A stretch of 64,000 bases of DNA from Minisyncoccota bacterium (lineage in GTDB: Bacteria > Patescibacteriota > Minisyncoccia > Phycocordibacterales > Phycocordibacteraceae): assembly GCA_041666305.1 (NCBI GenBank), contig JBAYHD010000002.1, positions 684 through 64,683 of the forward strand, written 5' to 3'. Both the position numbers and the translations under genes were made by a program. The notes below the pieces were generated by a model, which did not search any database, was not told where the DNA came from, and saw nothing but the letters and a program-made list of their open reading frames with translations. Of this stretch, positions 33,372 to 43,215 are shown in pieces (within the stretch, counting starts at the first letter, position 1; every line of letters starts with the position of its first letter).

Positions 33372-35282
33372 ATGTCTAAAATACTTGGCATTGATTTGGG
33401 CACTACCTATTCCGCGATGGCAATCGTGGAAGGCGGCGAGCCGCGTGTGCTGGAAAACGCCGAGGGTTCGCGCACAACGCCGTCCATCGTGGCGGTCGGC
33501 AAGAGCGGCGAACGAATTGTGGGTACGCTTGCGAAGCGCCAGTCGGTGACCAATCCCTTGAACACCATTTTCCAGATCAAACGATTCATAGGCCACTCAT
33601 ATGACGAGCCGGCGGTGCAGAAAGACAAGGCGTCCGTGCCATTTGAAATGCGCAAGGCGGAGAACGGCGGCATCGAAGTGAAAATGACGGAGAAGTGGTA
33701 CCGTCCGGAGGAAATTTCCGCGATGATACTCGGCAAACTCAAAGCCGATGCGGAAGCAAAACTCGGCGAGAAGATAACCGAAGCGGTCATCACCGTGCCG
33801 GCATACTTCAACGACGACCAGCGCAGCGCGACAAAAGCTGCAGGTGAAATTGCCGGTCTCACGGTCAAGCGCATCATCAACGAACCGACGGCGGCCGCGC
33901 TCGCGTATGGATTTAATAAAAAGAAAGATGAGAAAATAGCGGTCTTCGACTTCGGCGGCGGCACGTTTGATATCTCCGTGCTTGAAGTGGGCGGGGACGT
34001 CATCGAAGTGAAGAGCACCGACGGCGACGCACACTTGGGCGGCAAGGATATTGACCAGACAATCATCAATTGGCTCGCGGAAGAATTCCGAAAGGAGAGC
34101 GGGATCGATGTGCTCAAAGACGCACTTGCGCGACAGCGGCTGGACGAAGCCGCCGAGAAAGCGAAGATAGAACTCTCCAGCGCGATGGAGACGGAAATAA
34201 ACATCCCATTCCTCACGTCGGACGCTTCCGGCCCGCGCCACCTGCTCATCAAGATGACCCGCGCCAAGCTTGAAGACATCGCGGGAGAATTCATCCAACG
34301 CGCGATGGATATCACCAAGCGCGCGATGGAAGCATCGCCCTTCAAGATTCCCGACATCAACGAAGTCATCCTTGTGGGCGGTCAGACACGCATGCCGGCG
34401 ATACAAGCGGCCGTGGAGAAATTCTTCGGCAAGAAGCCGAATATGACCGTGAATCCGGATGAAGTCGTTGCCATTGGCGCGGCTATCCAGGCGGGCATTC
34501 TGCAGGGCGACGTGAAGGACATTCTGCTTGTGGACGTGATTCCGCTCTCGCTCTCCATCGAGACGATGGGCGGCGTCGCGACTAAACTCGTGGAGCGCAA
34601 TACGGCAATTCCTACGAGCCGTTCGCAAACTTTCTCCACTGCTGCCGATAATCAGCCATCGGTAGAAATTCACGTGACCCAGGGCGAGCGCGCGATGAGC
34701 GCCGACAACAAATCGCTCGGCAAATTTATGCTCGACGGCATTCCACCGGCTCCCCGCGGTATGCCGCAAGTGGAAGTGAAGTTCGACATTGATGCATCCG
34801 GCATCCTCACGGTCACCGCCAAAGAAAAGACCACCGGCAAGGAGCAGTCCATAAAGATCTCCGGCTCCACCGGACTTTCGCAAGCGGACATCGACAAAAT
34901 GAAAGCCGACGCCGAAGCACACACGGCGGACGATGAGAAGCGCAAAGAACTCGTGGAAGCGCGCAATATCGCTGACCAAGCAGTGTATGCGGCGGAGAAA
35001 GCGGTCAAAGATAACGGCGAAAAAGCCGGCGCGGAAGTGGTGAAGGACGTGCAAGACAAGATAGAAGCGTTGAAAGTCGCGCGCAATAGCGAAGACGCTG
35101 GCACTATCAAGAGTGCAACCGAAGCGCTTTCATCCGCACTTATGAAGATCGGCGAGGCGATGATGAAAAATAGTGAGCAGCAAGCAGGAGCAGGAGGCGG
35201 TAATCCGCCGCCGTCAGACGGCGGCGGCCAGGGTCCCGAGACTCCTCCCGCCACCGACGCCGAGTTCAAAGAGAAGCCGTAA
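33372..35282 (+). CDS. dnaK: molecular chaperone DnaK (Hsp70)
   Basis: [16 protein letters not shown], full-length Hsp70. Confidence 0.95.
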   Translation: MSKILGIDLGTTYSAMAIVEGGEPRVLENAEGSRTTPSIVAVGKSGERIVGTLAKRQSVTNPLNTIFQIKRFIGHSYDEPAVQKDKASVPFEMRKAENGGIEVKMTEKWYRPEEISAMILGKLKADAEAKLGEKITEAVITVPAYFNDDQRSATKAAGEIAGLTVKRIINEPTAAALAYGFNKKKDEKIAVFDFGGGTFDISVLEVGGDVIEVKSTDGDAHLGGKDIDQTIINWLAEEFRKESGIDVLKDALARQRLDEAAEKAKIELSSAMETEINIPFLTSDASGPRHLLIKMTRAKLEDIAGEFIQRAMDITKRAMEASPFKIPDINEVILVGGQTRMPAIQAAVEKFFGKKPNMTVNPDEVVAIGAAIQAGILQGDVKDILLVDVIPLSLSIETMGGVATKLVERNTAIPTSRSQTFSTAADNQPSVEIHVTQGERAMSADNKSLGKFMLDGIPPAPRGMPQVEVKFDIDASGILTVTAKEKTTGKEQSIKISGSTGLSQADIDKMKADAEAHTADDEKRKELVEARNIADQAVYAAEKAVKDNGEKAGAEVVKDVQDKIEALKVARNSEDAGTIKSATEALSSALMKIGEAMMKNSEQQAGAGGGNPPPSDGGGQGPETPPATDAEFKEKP

Positions 35283-35397
35283 TAATTATTCAGATAGTAA
35301 GCAAACAAGCCCCCGCAATGCGGGGGCTTGACTTTATACATAGTTATGTGTAAGATTCATCCAGGAAGTTGAACCCCCTTACACGAAAGGAGATACC

Positions 35398-35733
35398 ATG
35401 TCATATCTGCACGCTCTACCAATTTTGTTGGCCTTGGGAGGATTCACTCTCTTGGCCATTGCGCTAAAAAGAGGAAGAGGCATTCTTTGGCCAATCTTCC
35501 TAGTCGGTCTCGTCGTAGGCGGCGAATTCTTGGTGCTTCATGGGAGTGTTGATCGCCTTCAAGGGATAATCGGAGCTGGCAGTCTTTTGGTTTTCCTGCT
35601 CGCCGGCTTGTTCCTATGTTTCGCCTTCCTGTTTTCAGAGGTGATTCAGTCGAAAGAAGCTGGAGGGGTGGCATCACCTTCATCAAGGATTACCGTTTCG
35701 ACGGCGATAATGGGATATATCGCCAGTCTGTGA
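35398..35733 (+). CDS. small hypothetical membrane protein
   Basis: three hydrophobic helices; aaggagatacc RBS. Confidence 0.4.
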   Translation: MSYLHALPILLALGGFTLLAIALKRGRGILWPIFLVGLVVGGEFLVLHGSVDRLQGIIGAGSLLVFLLAGLFLCFAFLFSEVIQSKEAGGVASPSSRITVSTAIMGYIASL

Positions 35734-35750
35734 AGAAAGACATCAATCGC

Positions 35751-35789
35751 GGCGCAGGGATGTAGCATCTCCTGCGCCGTTTTGTTTTG
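35751..35789 (+). terminator. rho-independent terminator
   Basis: ggcgcagg...cctgcgcc then GTTTTGTTTTG. Confidence 0.65.
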
Positions 35790-35799
35790 TCTCGTGCAT

Positions 35800-35835
35800 G
35801 TTCGTTAAGTCCAACGGTCGTGTGACTTAACGAAC
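35800..35835. repeat. conserved hairpin GTTCGTTAAGTC-N12-GACTTAACGAAC with AACGGTCGT loop core (copy B)
   Basis: perfect 12-bp stem; same family as 27602-27637. Confidence 0.55.
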
Positions 35836-35856
35836 ATTATTCATCGTATAACCCAC

Positions 35857-35894
35857 TGTCTCAATTTTTGTCCTATAGGACAAAAATTGAGACA
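35857..35894. promoter_or_regulatory. perfect 17-bp-stem palindrome TGTCTCAATTTTTGTCC-TATA-GGACAAAAATTGAGACA upstream of dnaJ
   Basis: perfect dyad read directly; about 100 nt upstream of the dnaJ promoter. Confidence 0.55.
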
Positions 35895-35994
35895 TCGGCC
35901 TCAGGTGCTATTTCTTTTTGCATACAAAATACAAGAGGTGTATAACCCCGTAGTAGATTTTCGCAATGCGCCGGAGGCGCGGGACGCAGGCCTT

Positions 35995-36021
35995 TTGCGA
36001 AAATTCACTACAGGGTATAAT
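35995..36021 (+). promoter_or_regulatory. dnaJ promoter TTGCGA -15- TATAAT, near-leaderless
   Basis: -10 TATAAT 36016-36021 only 8 nt before ATG 36030; no SD. Confidence 0.4.
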
Positions 36022-36029
36022 CAACACAA

Positions 36030-37139
36030 ATGGCAACAACAAAGGATTATTACAGCGTGCTGGGCGTCGATAAGAAGGCGAGCAAGGACGACATCAAGAA
36101 GGCGTTCCGTAAGCTCGCGCACAAATATCACCCCGACAAGGGCGGCACTGATGAGGCGAAATTCAAGGAGATAACCGAGGCGTACTCGGTGCTCTCCGAT
36201 GACCGTAAGCGCCGTGAATATGATACCTACGGGCAAGCATTTGCGGGCGGGCAACCTGGTTCGGCGCCCCAAGGGGGCCCCTTCGGGGGATTCGACTTCT
36301 CTCAATTCCAACAAGGCTTCCCCCAAGGGGGCCCCTTCGGGGGGCAGGGTGGCGTTGATTTTGATTTTGGTGATATTTTCGGCGACATCTTCGGCGGTCG
36401 CGGGCAACAGCGCACACCGCGCGGCCGCGATATTTCCATCGATTTGGAAGTCTCCTTTAAAGAGGCGGCTCTCGGCACAAGCCGAAGCGTACTCATCGGA
36501 AAGGTCTCCACCTGCTCGCTTTGCCACGGCACGGGAGCGAAGCCGGGCACTGAATTGGAATCCTGCACAACCTGTAACGGAAGCGGCAAAATTCACGAGA
36601 CGCGCAATTCCATACTCGGCCAGTTCAGCTCGGTGCGCGCCTGCACCATTTGTGAAGGCACCGGCAAGGTGCCGAAGGAAAAATGCACGGAGTGCAAAGG
36701 TCACGGCGTTCGCCGCAAGGAGGAAGAACTGAAAATAAATATCCCCGCCGGCGTGGATAACGGTGAAATGATTCGCATGCCGCAAAAGGGCGAGGCAATC
36801 AAAGCTGGCATCGCGGGCGATCTGTACGTGAAGATACACGTGAAGCCGCATGCGATCTTTCGTCGCGACGGAGCGAATTTGATCATGACCCTGCCGGTAA
36901 AATTGACCGATGCACTGCTCGGCACCACTGTTTCAATAGAAAGTTTGGAAGGCAAAACGCTTGAAGTAAAAATCCCGCCGATGAAGCGCGCCGAGGAACT
37001 TCTGCGCGTGGCAGGGAAGGGCATTCCGGCCGAAGGCGGCCGCGGCGACCTCATCATCCGCCTCGAGGCCGCACTTCCGCACAAGCTCTCGAGCAAAGCG
37101 AAGAAGGCTGTTGAAGACTTGAAGAACGAAGGGCTCTAA
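36030..37139 (+). CDS. dnaJ: molecular chaperone DnaJ
   Basis: J domain HPD (KYHPDKG), G/F region, four CxxCxGxG zinc-finger repeats, C-terminal domain. Confidence 0.9.
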   Translation: MATTKDYYSVLGVDKKASKDDIKKAFRKLAHKYHPDKGGTDEAKFKEITEAYSVLSDDRKRREYDTYGQAFAGGQPGSAPQGGPFGGFDFSQFQQGFPQGGPFGGQGGVDFDFGDIFGDIFGGRGQQRTPRGRDISIDLEVSFKEAALGTSRSVLIGKVSTCSLCHGTGAKPGTELESCTTCNGSGKIHETRNSILGQFSSVRACTICEGTGKVPKEKCTECKGHGVRRKEEELKINIPAGVDNGEMIRMPQKGEAIKAGIAGDLYVKIHVKPHAIFRRDGANLIMTLPVKLTDALLGTTVSIESLEGKTLEVKIPPMKRAEELLRVAGKGIPAEGGRGDLIIRLEAALPHKLSSKAKKAVEDLKNEGL

Positions 37140-37192
37140 AATTTTAATGGTACAATAGAACTTTAGAGGCTCTTCTCAAATGGAGGTATATC

Positions 37193-37696
37193 GTGCTTAT
37201 ACGTCGATTGCTGTTTGTGTATGGAGGTTTACTGGTAGTCCTCGCCATACGTGTCGCGAAACGAAGGTGTGTTCGTATAGGTGAATTCCTTAAGTCGCTG
37301 GGAAGAAAATTTGTCTCGCTCGGCGAAGAGGAAACGATGCGGTGGAGTACCGAACTACTTCTTCAGTGTTATATGGTGGATGCGGAATTCCACATCGATG
37401 GCGTTATCTATCGAGGACCGGTGTATGCCGTGTACCGTGGCTTCGTCGGTGGCAACACTCTTGTCTTTCGGTGCAACTGGATTGCCACCTGTCGAGATCG
37501 TTCCGCCCAACTCTGGGACTACGCTGGTGGCGGTGCATTTCGCATCGAAGAATACAGCGCGCCTGCCAAGCTCCCGAACGGTGACTACCATTTCGGTTTT
37601 CAAGGAGGATACGGAGTGCTATTCCTTGGACGGCCGCGGTCCAGACTGTCATTCATTGGGCACGTGGACACTCCTCGAGAGTTCGCCTACTTCTAG
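37193..37696 (+). CDS. hypothetical protein
   Basis: protein-like composition, own terminator downstream; preferred over overlapping frame 37281. Confidence 0.4.
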   Translation: MLIRRLLFVYGGLLVVLAIRVAKRRCVRIGEFLKSLGRKFVSLGEEETMRWSTELLLQCYMVDAEFHIDGVIYRGPVYAVYRGFVGGNTLVFRCNWIATCRDRSAQLWDYAGGGAFRIEEYSAPAKLPNGDYHFGFQGGYGVLFLGRPRSRLSFIGHVDTPREFAYF

Positions 37697-37714
37697 GGTA
37701 GTGCAACGGTCCGG

Positions 37715-37747
37715 CTGGGTAGCTTCGGTTACCCAGTTTTTATTTTT
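37715..37747 (+). terminator. rho-independent terminator
   Basis: ctgggtagcttcggttacccag then TTTTTATTTTT. Confidence 0.65.
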
Positions 37748-37778
37748 ATGGGTGGATGGGTGGTATATACTATTCGGC

Positions 37779-38300
37779 ATGGACGCTACTCAAGGACTTG
37801 CGCAGGTGAACACTCTCGCGACGCAGTATGCGTTCACGGTGTGGAACGGTGCGAGCGACTTTCTTATTATCCTCATCCTTTTCGGCGCACTCTTTCTCTT
37901 CTCGTGGTATTACAACTACGGTCAGCTGGTCGCGCTCCAACTCGCGTTCTACGCCGCTTATGCGCTCTACGTCGTTTTTCCGTACACCTCATCCCTACCT
38001 TCGGCGCCGGCTACGACCTCGCTATGGGCACATGTCGGTCTTTACGCCGCATTCTCGCTCGTCCTCTATATCATTTTGCGGCGCGTGATCGTCTCTGACT
38101 TTTTGTATATTAGCCTTATAGGTGTCGTCGCACTCTCTTTCTTCGCGGCGGCTTTCCTCCTTGCGCTCGCGTATCACACCTTCGGCGTTACTGAGGTGTA
38201 TCGCTTCACCCCCGCGGTGGACCTCCTCTTCGCTGCGAAGAGCTATTTCTGGTGGTGGTTCGTCGCGCCTGCCATCGGACTCTTCTTCCTCGCAAGGTGA
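37779..38300 (+). CDS. hypothetical integral membrane protein
   Basis: multiple TM helices from MDATQGL; TGGTATATA extended -10 10 nt upstream (leaderless); upstream part of track ORF 37281 looks non-coding. Confidence 0.4.
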   Translation: MDATQGLAQVNTLATQYAFTVWNGASDFLIILILFGALFLFSWYYNYGQLVALQLAFYAAYALYVVFPYTSSLPSAPATTSLWAHVGLYAAFSLVLYIILRRVIVSDFLYISLIGVVALSFFAAAFLLALAYHTFGVTEVYRFTPAVDLLFAAKSYFWWWFVAPAIGLFFLAR

Positions 38301-38347
38301 CTCCTCGTCGCGAGGTGTCTCCTTGCTGCATGTGATATAGTTTTCGC

Positions 38348-39601
38348 ATGACTTTTTCTGACGAACTAAAGGCGCGCGGGCTAATCGAGCATTTTTCCGC
38401 TCCGGTAGACAAGATCCTTTCCTCGCAAAGGACCGTATACCTCGGCATTGACCCAACCTCCGACTCCATTCAAGTGGGGAATCTTGCGGTCGTGCTCCTC
38501 ATGAAGCGATTTGGGGATGCGGGTAGTTCGCTCGTGTTCCTCGTGGGCGGCGGGACCGGCATGATAGGCGACCCGAAAGAGAAGGGCGAACGCGTGATGC
38601 TCGATGAGAAGACCGTGGCATCAAACACGCGCGCGATAAAAACGCAGTTGAAGAAAATCCTCGGCAACACATCCTTCAGAATGGTAGATAACGCGGACTG
38701 GCTCATGAGCGTGAAGCTGGTGCCGTTTTTGCGCGACATCGGCAAGCACTTCACGGTGAACGACCTCATCAAGCGCGACATCATAAAAAAGCGCCTCGAC
38801 ACGCCGGACGAAAGCATTTCGTACACCGAATTCACGTACGCACTTTTGCAAGGGTATGATTTTATGACGCTCAATGAGAAATACGGTGTGGACCTGCAAG
38901 TCGGCGGCTCCGACCAATGGACGAACATCCTTTCGGGTGTGGATCTCATCAAAAAAAGGATGGGTAAGCAAGTGTATGCGCTCGGCATGCCGCTCGTCAC
39001 CGATGCTACCGGAAAGAAATTCGGCAAGAGCGAGGGCAATGCGGTCTGGCTCGACCCGAAGAAGACGTCGCCGTTCCAGTTCTATCAATTTTGGATAAAT
39101 CTTCCCGACGCAGGCATCGAGAAATATTTAAAGGTCTACACCTTCCTTCCGGTCAACGAAATAGACGCGCTTATGGAACTGCATCGCCGGAATCCCGCGG
39201 AACGCCAGGCGCAGGAAACGCTTGCACGGCTCGTGACCGAGATAGTGCACGGACCGGCCGCGACCGCGCAAGCGGCGGCCGCGAGCGATGCTCTTTTCGG
39301 CGACACGCCGTTCCATGAACTTTCACGCGATGCGCTCGCGGTGGCGCTTGCCGAAGCGCCGTCGGTTATCCTCTCGCGGAAAGACGTTGCGGACGGTTCG
39401 CCGCTTGCCGAGGCGCTCGTGGCCGGTGGCATGGCAACTTCTAAGAGCGACGCACGGCGCCTCATCGAAGGGAAGGGCATCGCGCTTTCGGGCCAGACCA
39501 TCACGGATCCGGATTTGAAAGTCTACCCGGGTGATCTTTCGCATAACTATGCGCTCGTGCGCAAGGGCAGACAGGGTGTTCTCATTCTTGCACTAAAGTA
39601 A
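38348..39601 (+). CDS. tyrS: tyrosyl-tRNA synthetase with atypical HIGH motif (QVGN)
   Basis: class I fold, KFGKS (KMSKS), C-terminal S4 domain; HIGH position reads PTSDSIQVGNL. Confidence 0.85.
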   Translation: MTFSDELKARGLIEHFSAPVDKILSSQRTVYLGIDPTSDSIQVGNLAVVLLMKRFGDAGSSLVFLVGGGTGMIGDPKEKGERVMLDEKTVASNTRAIKTQLKKILGNTSFRMVDNADWLMSVKLVPFLRDIGKHFTVNDLIKRDIIKKRLDTPDESISYTEFTYALLQGYDFMTLNEKYGVDLQVGGSDQWTNILSGVDLIKKRMGKQVYALGMPLVTDATGKKFGKSEGNAVWLDPKKTSPFQFYQFWINLPDAGIEKYLKVYTFLPVNEIDALMELHRRNPAERQAQETLARLVTEIVHGPAATAQAAAASDALFGDTPFHELSRDALAVALAEAPSVILSRKDVADGSPLAEALVAGGMATSKSDARRLIEGKGIALSGQTITDPDLKVYPGDLSHNYALVRKGRQGVLILALK

Positions 39602-39637
39602 ACATTTTTGTGTATAAGTCCTATTGACTTATAGCGC

Positions 39638-40285
39638 TTGAGCGCGAAGATATTAGTGATGGCGCGATCTGCGGCTTTGTCCGTATCTCAACAACATGAA
39701 GCGGGGAAATTATATGCATCTGGTTTGAGCGCACGCCAGGTCGCTGAACATTTTAAGATTTCGTTAGACGCTACATATTACGCCCTGCGCCATCAAGATA
39801 TCCCTCGCAGAACTATCCAAGAATCAAACCGAATCCTTTTTGCGAGTAAGCCGCTTTCGTATAATGTAAAGACTAAACTCAACCAAGATGAGGAACTACT
39901 CAAAACAGCTGCAATCATGTTGTACTGGGCAGAGGGCTACAAAATCGGGAAAGGAACCGTAGATTTTGCAAATTCGGATCCACAGATGGCCTTAATCTTT
40001 AAACGTTTTTTATCCAAAATCTGCCGAGTGGATGCAAGCAGAATACGCGGACATTTGTATTGCTATGAAGGCCAGAATGTTAGCGAGCTTACTCGCTATT
40101 GGAGCCGCTTACTTTCCATACCTGAGAAGCAGTTCATAAAACCTTATATAAAGAAAGCCGTGAGTCCAGGACCTCGTGGCCCGCGCATGGTTCACGGACT
40201 TGTTCATATAGTGTATTGTGATACAAAGTTGTTGAGGCAGATACTCGTATGGATTGATGAGTATCAGCAAGACTTGACAAAGTAA
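39638..40285 (+). CDS. HTH-domain protein, possibly LAGLIDADG-like homing-endonuclease-related (tentative)
   Basis: N-terminal HTH (GLSARQVAEHFKIS); central IMLYWAEGYKIGKG resembles a degenerate LAGLIDADG helix; AT-rich; ends 1 nt before tRNA-Tyr. Confidence 0.3.
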   Translation: MSAKILVMARSAALSVSQQHEAGKLYASGLSARQVAEHFKISLDATYYALRHQDIPRRTIQESNRILFASKPLSYNVKTKLNQDEELLKTAAIMLYWAEGYKIGKGTVDFANSDPQMALIFKRFLSKICRVDASRIRGHLYCYEGQNVSELTRYWSRLLSIPEKQFIKPYIKKAVSPGPRGPRMVHGLVHIVYCDTKLLRQILVWIDEYQQDLTK

Positions 40286-40372
40286 GCATCGGTGGCGGAG
40301 TGGTCAATCGCAACAGACTGTAAATCTGTCGGGCATAGCCCTACGAAGGTTCGAATCCTTCCCGGTGCACCA
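40286..40372 (+). tRNA. tRNA-Tyr (anticodon GTA), long variable arm, CCA encoded
   Basis: acceptor GCATCGG/CCGGTGC, anticodon loop cuGUAaa, T-arm GGTTCGAATCC, 3' ACCA. Confidence 0.8.
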
Positions 40373-40457
40373 TAGTTTCGATAAACGTACTCGCGGTCCT
40401 TCCCGGCGCACCAAACAAGGGACTGGACATATGTGCTCGTTGTATAATTAGGGTCAT

Positions 40458-41210
40458 ATGAAAAAAACCACACTGGCTCTTTTGCTCATCATCATTCTTT
40501 TGGGTGCATCATCGCCCGCCTACGCTTCATCAGGTTTCTTCCAGCCGGATTCAAGGCTTTACTTTCTCCAGTCAACACTTGAATCGGTCAAATTGTTCTT
40601 CACGTTCTCTAAAGAAGCAAAGACCGACTACCTTCTGCAATTAACCGACAGGCGAGTAAACGAGATGGCATCGTCTACTGAATCGACCGGTCTATCGTCT
40701 TCTATGGCTAGCCGTTATGAAGCGCATTTCCAAGAATTGGGGAGGTTAGCAAACGAGGCCGAAGATAAAGAACAAGTTGTTGAAAAAATAAAAGAAGCGA
40801 GCCTTCGTCAACAGGACACCTTATCAGCCGTGTATGTCGCAGCACCCGACTCGGCGAAAGATGCGATCTTGAGCGCTCAAGAAAATTCTTCCAAAAATGT
40901 CGCGGCAGTTATTGAGGCCGTAGAGGGAGCTGATAAGGCGCAAGAATATACACAGAAAGTGGAGCAGATACAGCAGGTTGAAAAAGCACAAAGATTAGAG
41001 CAGGCCCCGATGGAGGGAGCTCCTAATGCCGATCCAGGCGAATTTACACCCAATGAATTAAGGTCGGGAAATGAATTAAGATCAGGACAGGAGCTTAACC
41101 AATTGAATCCGACGAATTCCGGCTCAGTCAATGAAAATGGCGGTGGCGGTGGGCAGACACAGCAAGCACAACAAGTACAGCAAACACAAACTACACCCGT
41201 GAATCAATGA
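40458..41210 (+). CDS. hypothetical secreted protein (signal peptide, Q-rich C-terminus)
   Basis: MKKTTLALLLIIILLGASSPAYA signal peptide. Confidence 0.45.
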   Translation: MKKTTLALLLIIILLGASSPAYASSGFFQPDSRLYFLQSTLESVKLFFTFSKEAKTDYLLQLTDRRVNEMASSTESTGLSSSMASRYEAHFQELGRLANEAEDKEQVVEKIKEASLRQQDTLSAVYVAAPDSAKDAILSAQENSSKNVAAVIEAVEGADKAQEYTQKVEQIQQVEKAQRLEQAPMEGAPNADPGEFTPNELRSGNELRSGQELNQLNPTNSGSVNENGGGGGQTQQAQQVQQTQTTPVNQ

Positions 41211-42121
41211 GCAGGAAAATCCTTATCGTAACAATAGCAACGGCAACAATTTTAATTGGAGGCATTATTATTGTCGTTAATAAACCTCCTGTGGAAATTA
41301 CCCAGTCCTCGTGGCAAAGCGGGGGAGCGGCGATACGCGGCACATTTGCGGACGCTGACGCCGTGAATCTCGGCGATGGCAGATATAGAATGTATTATGG
41401 CGCGGAGCCCGAAATCGCCGGATTTGAAGGGCAGGTATATTCTGCTGTTTCCAGCGATGGAATGAATTGGACGCAAGAAAATGGGACGAGAATGACATGG
41501 GCAATATTTCCTTCGGTTATAAAATTAACCGATGGACGATATAGGATGTATTTCCAAAATGATAATGCGATAAAAAGTGCAATTTCTAGCGATGGACTTT
41601 TGTGGACACGTGAGCCGGGGATACGAGTTGATCGAGCAAATAACGCAGGACTCTCTCTCACTAATGTGGGGGCTCCAACCGTGATGAAGATCGGCAACGA
41701 ATATGTCATGGTGTATTGGGGCGCAATAAACGAAAAATATCCTGCGAAGGTGCCGAACAACGATACACATCTTCTCCTCTGGGCGGTTTCGAAAGACGGA
41801 TTGAATTTTGAGAAAAAAGGAATCGCTCTAGACAGTCGCAACTCCGTTTTTAATGGGTTACTAGACGGTGCAGAATTCGTCGCATGGGACGATGGTTCAA
41901 TACGCCTCTATTTTTGGTCATACCGAGGCATATATCATACGGTCTTTACCAATGGGGTATTCTCAGAGGACGCCGTATTTGACTACACCAACGCTTCGGA
42001 TCCCAATAACCTGTTCCCGCTCAGTCCACCAAGCGACCCGACGTTGATGAAAATAAACAATGAATGGTTTATGTATTACGGACAACATGGGAAGGGTGTG
42101 TATTACGCAATTTTGAAATAA
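41207..42121 (+). CDS. secreted Asp-box (BNR-like) repeat beta-propeller protein, possible glycosidase/sialidase-like
   Basis: repeated S-x-DG-x-x-W motifs (SSDGMNWT, SSDGLLWT, SKDGLNFE); N-terminal TM/signal. Confidence 0.4.
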   Translation: MSRKILIVTIATATILIGGIIIVVNKPPVEITQSSWQSGGAAIRGTFADADAVNLGDGRYRMYYGAEPEIAGFEGQVYSAVSSDGMNWTQENGTRMTWAIFPSVIKLTDGRYRMYFQNDNAIKSAISSDGLLWTREPGIRVDRANNAGLSLTNVGAPTVMKIGNEYVMVYWGAINEKYPAKVPNNDTHLLLWAVSKDGLNFEKKGIALDSRNSVFNGLLDGAEFVAWDDGSIRLYFWSYRGIYHTVFTNGVFSEDAVFDYTNASDPNNLFPLSPPSDPTLMKINNEWFMYYGQHGKGVYYAILK

Positions 42122-42145
42122 TTCTAAAATCATTGTCCTAAGAAC

Positions 42146-43198
42146 ATGAACAGAAAAATCATTATCTCGATACTCGCGATACTTTTGATCTTTTTGGGAA
42201 TAGAATTTTTGCCCGGTTTTAATTTTACGGGTAGCGACACATCAGAACAAACAAAGAAGAAGCCTGCTCAAACAGGGACGACATCACCGTCAACAACATC
42301 CGTACCTATTCAGCAGTCAAAAAATAGTGCCAAAGAAACCGCGCCTTCGATGGCTGCGCCTGTTTCGCAAGACAGCGCAAGCTATCTAGTAACATCCGCT
42401 TCTTTGCTCGGCCTTGATACTGCAGTTGAATCGCCTCACTTTACTATCTATTGTCACAAAGCTGATGAGGAAAAAGCGAAAGAATTAGTAACGGTCAGCG
42501 AGAAAGATTATCCCGCACTCGCCCGATTGTTCCCCACAACGCCTCGGACAGACGTTCTCATCACGTACGACGTAAATGAATATGTGAACGTCTTTACCGC
42601 CGCACCTCCGTGGGGCGCCGAGGCATACAAGGACCCCAATTCCGGCGCCGGTGCATTTTGCCCGGGCTGTACGAAGAGTTTGGGAGACAATACCGAATAT
42701 GTGTATATGTTGCGACCGGGGAACGTGTCCTTTGCTCACGAGCTTGCCCATCGTTACTATTGGGCAAGTTATCCGAATCTACGAATGTATACCGATATAT
42801 CATGGCTCAATGAAGGCCAAGCAGTGTATGCCCAGACCGAAGTTGCGCCCGGACCGGGAGGTTTGTCATCCAATCTGGCACGGATCAATGACAATCCTCT
42901 GCCGAATACTTTTGTGGCGCTGAAGCAATTGCTGGAGAAAGGGGACAACGCATCCACCGAAAGATTTTACGATCTTGTTGGGCTCTTGGCGTATTATTTA
43001 GACGGAAAAGTCAGCGGCGGTCTTTATAGCTTCATAGCGAACCTGAACAGCACCGGGGATGTGGACAAAACGTGCCAAAATAAATTAGGGTTAAATTGCG
43101 ACCAAGTATTTGCCGCATGGAAAGGCGTTGTCATAAAAACATCGGCTTCTGACTCCTCAGAATTTCTAACGAAGTATAAAAAGCTCGTTGCATCCTAA
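42146..43198 (+). CDS. secreted putative zinc metallopeptidase (HExxH)
   Basis: signal/TM then FAHELAHRYYW HExxH with downstream NEGQ; Thr/Ser-rich linker. Confidence 0.4.
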   Translation: MNRKIIISILAILLIFLGIEFLPGFNFTGSDTSEQTKKKPAQTGTTSPSTTSVPIQQSKNSAKETAPSMAAPVSQDSASYLVTSASLLGLDTAVESPHFTIYCHKADEEKAKELVTVSEKDYPALARLFPTTPRTDVLITYDVNEYVNVFTAAPPWGAEAYKDPNSGAGAFCPGCTKSLGDNTEYVYMLRPGNVSFAHELAHRYYWASYPNLRMYTDISWLNEGQAVYAQTEVAPGPGGLSSNLARINDNPLPNTFVALKQLLEKGDNASTERFYDLVGLLAYYLDGKVSGGLYSFIANLNSTGDVDKTCQNKLGLNCDQVFAAWKGVVIKTSASDSSEFLTKYKKLVAS

Positions 43199-43215
43199 AG
43201 TAGTATACTAATCTT

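Noticed and set aside
33407-35054. Long minus-strand ORFs (33407-34369, 33597-35054) inside dnaK
   Set aside because: They are antisense to a highly conserved Hsp70 gene and their composition is an Ala/Arg/Ser-rich mirror-frame artefact of GC-rich coding DNA.
37281-37778. N-terminal 166 codons of ORF 37281-38300
   Set aside because: This region is low-complexity and out of frame with the better-looking ORF 37193-37696, which has its own terminator at 37715-37747. The membrane-protein reading frame was started at ATG 37779.
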